Assembly: GCF_963921235.1 (NCBI RefSeq)
Contig: NC_086106.1
Location: 19,778,001 to 19,842,000, forward strand
Source of the DNA: Mobula hypostoma
Lineage: Eukaryota
Length of the DNA: 64,000 bases
Reading direction: 5' to 3'
Shown: positions 63,309 through 64,000 of the stretch, piece by piece
How positions within the stretch are numbered: position 1 is the stretch's first letter
Layout of the letters: each line of letters starts with the position of its first letter
The notes under the pieces: generated by a model
Database searches by the model: none
What the model saw: only the letters and a program-made list of their open reading frames with translations
What the model was told of the DNA's origin: nothing
Made by a program: the position numbers and the translations under genes

Positions 63309-63485
63309 GTAATCAATTGACTAACAGAGACATTCCATGAAGCCCAAACTTTTACTTTCTATTTCTCACTACATTGCATACTTTAGATGCACCCTCAGAA
63401 AACAAGGGGAGAGCTCCTATCAATTGGGTTCCTTCTCCTAGAATGAGGACAGACCGTCTGTTATTTAGTTCACCTGTCCTCACAG

Positions 63486-63587
63486 GTTAAGGTCTGTGCT
63501 GCACCTTGTCACACAATATCATACTCTCCTGTCTATATTTCAGGTACAGCAGTGACCAGCAGACACACGCCCCACATTCAGTCATGA
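63486..63587 (+). CDS. IgW: TM2 / cytoplasmic tail exon with two candidate acceptors
   Basis: Acceptor at 63485 gives VKVCAAPCHTISYSPVYISGTAVTSRHTPHIQS*; acceptor at 63543 gives VQQ* (63544-63555). AATAAA at 63681-63686. Confidence 0.7.
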   Translation, partial: VKVCAAPCHTISYSPVYISGTAVTSRHTPHIQS

Positions 63588-64000
63588 GATCCCCGTGTGG
63601 CTGCGATGTTTGGAAATGGAGTCTCCATCTCACTCACTCGGCAATCCGAGGCTACTGCACTGCAACTGCTCATTTCAGGAAATAAACCTCTAAATGTACC
63701 GGGGATGCTGGAGGGGTGGGGAATGGGGGAGCAGAGACAGGTAGGAGAGACAGAGGGATAGATGTGGTCATCACAATGGGAAAATGTTTGGATATTAGTC
63801 ACTGAAGGTGGGGGATACAGGAGGGGCTGAGGAAGGCAGGTGTAGGGAATACTGGCAATGAAGGGGAAGATGGGCATGGGGAGAGTGGTGATCTGGGAGG
63901 GGAGGAGTATGAGGAATGCAGGGAGTAATGAAGTGACATGGAGGTGGGCAGTCTGGTTCTTGGGAGCTTCTGTATCACATCTTGTAAATCAGATGTTGTT

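Overview
Eukaryotic genomic DNA from a cartilaginous fish (repeat content suggests a ray; this is inference). The window holds the constant-region half of an immunoglobulin heavy-chain cluster, most likely IgW, on the + strand, buried in CR1 and Rex1-type LINEs, SINEs, Penelope-like remnants and two Gypsy LTR elements. No V, D or J segment is visible. Order of parts: CH1 (4779-5087); a candidate Pro-rich terminal exon (5377-5477); CH2 (~6657-6971); three intact CH3-CH4 exon pairs in a tandem array with a ~11.4 kb core period; a 3.6 kb inversion that truncates a fourth unit to a CH4 3' half (44857-45020); no CH5; a frameshifted remnant of the last CH domain plus secretory tailpiece (45607-45742); and intact TM1/TM2 exons (63172-63587) that the ORF track misses. 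Most notable points: (i) in all three intact units the CH4 splice donor is fused to CR1 sequence, leaving a weak donor and a LINE-derived Cys-containing read-through tail, while the native tailpiece is broken; (ii) an alternative TM2 acceptor gives a 33-aa cytoplasmic tail with an ITIM-consensus hexamer; (iii) the younger Gypsy element has no tRNA-type PBS and instead has a perfect 16-bp complement to its own LTR polyA region; (iv) a consensus minimal hammerhead ribozyme sits in a Penelope-like remnant. All difference counts were made by eye.
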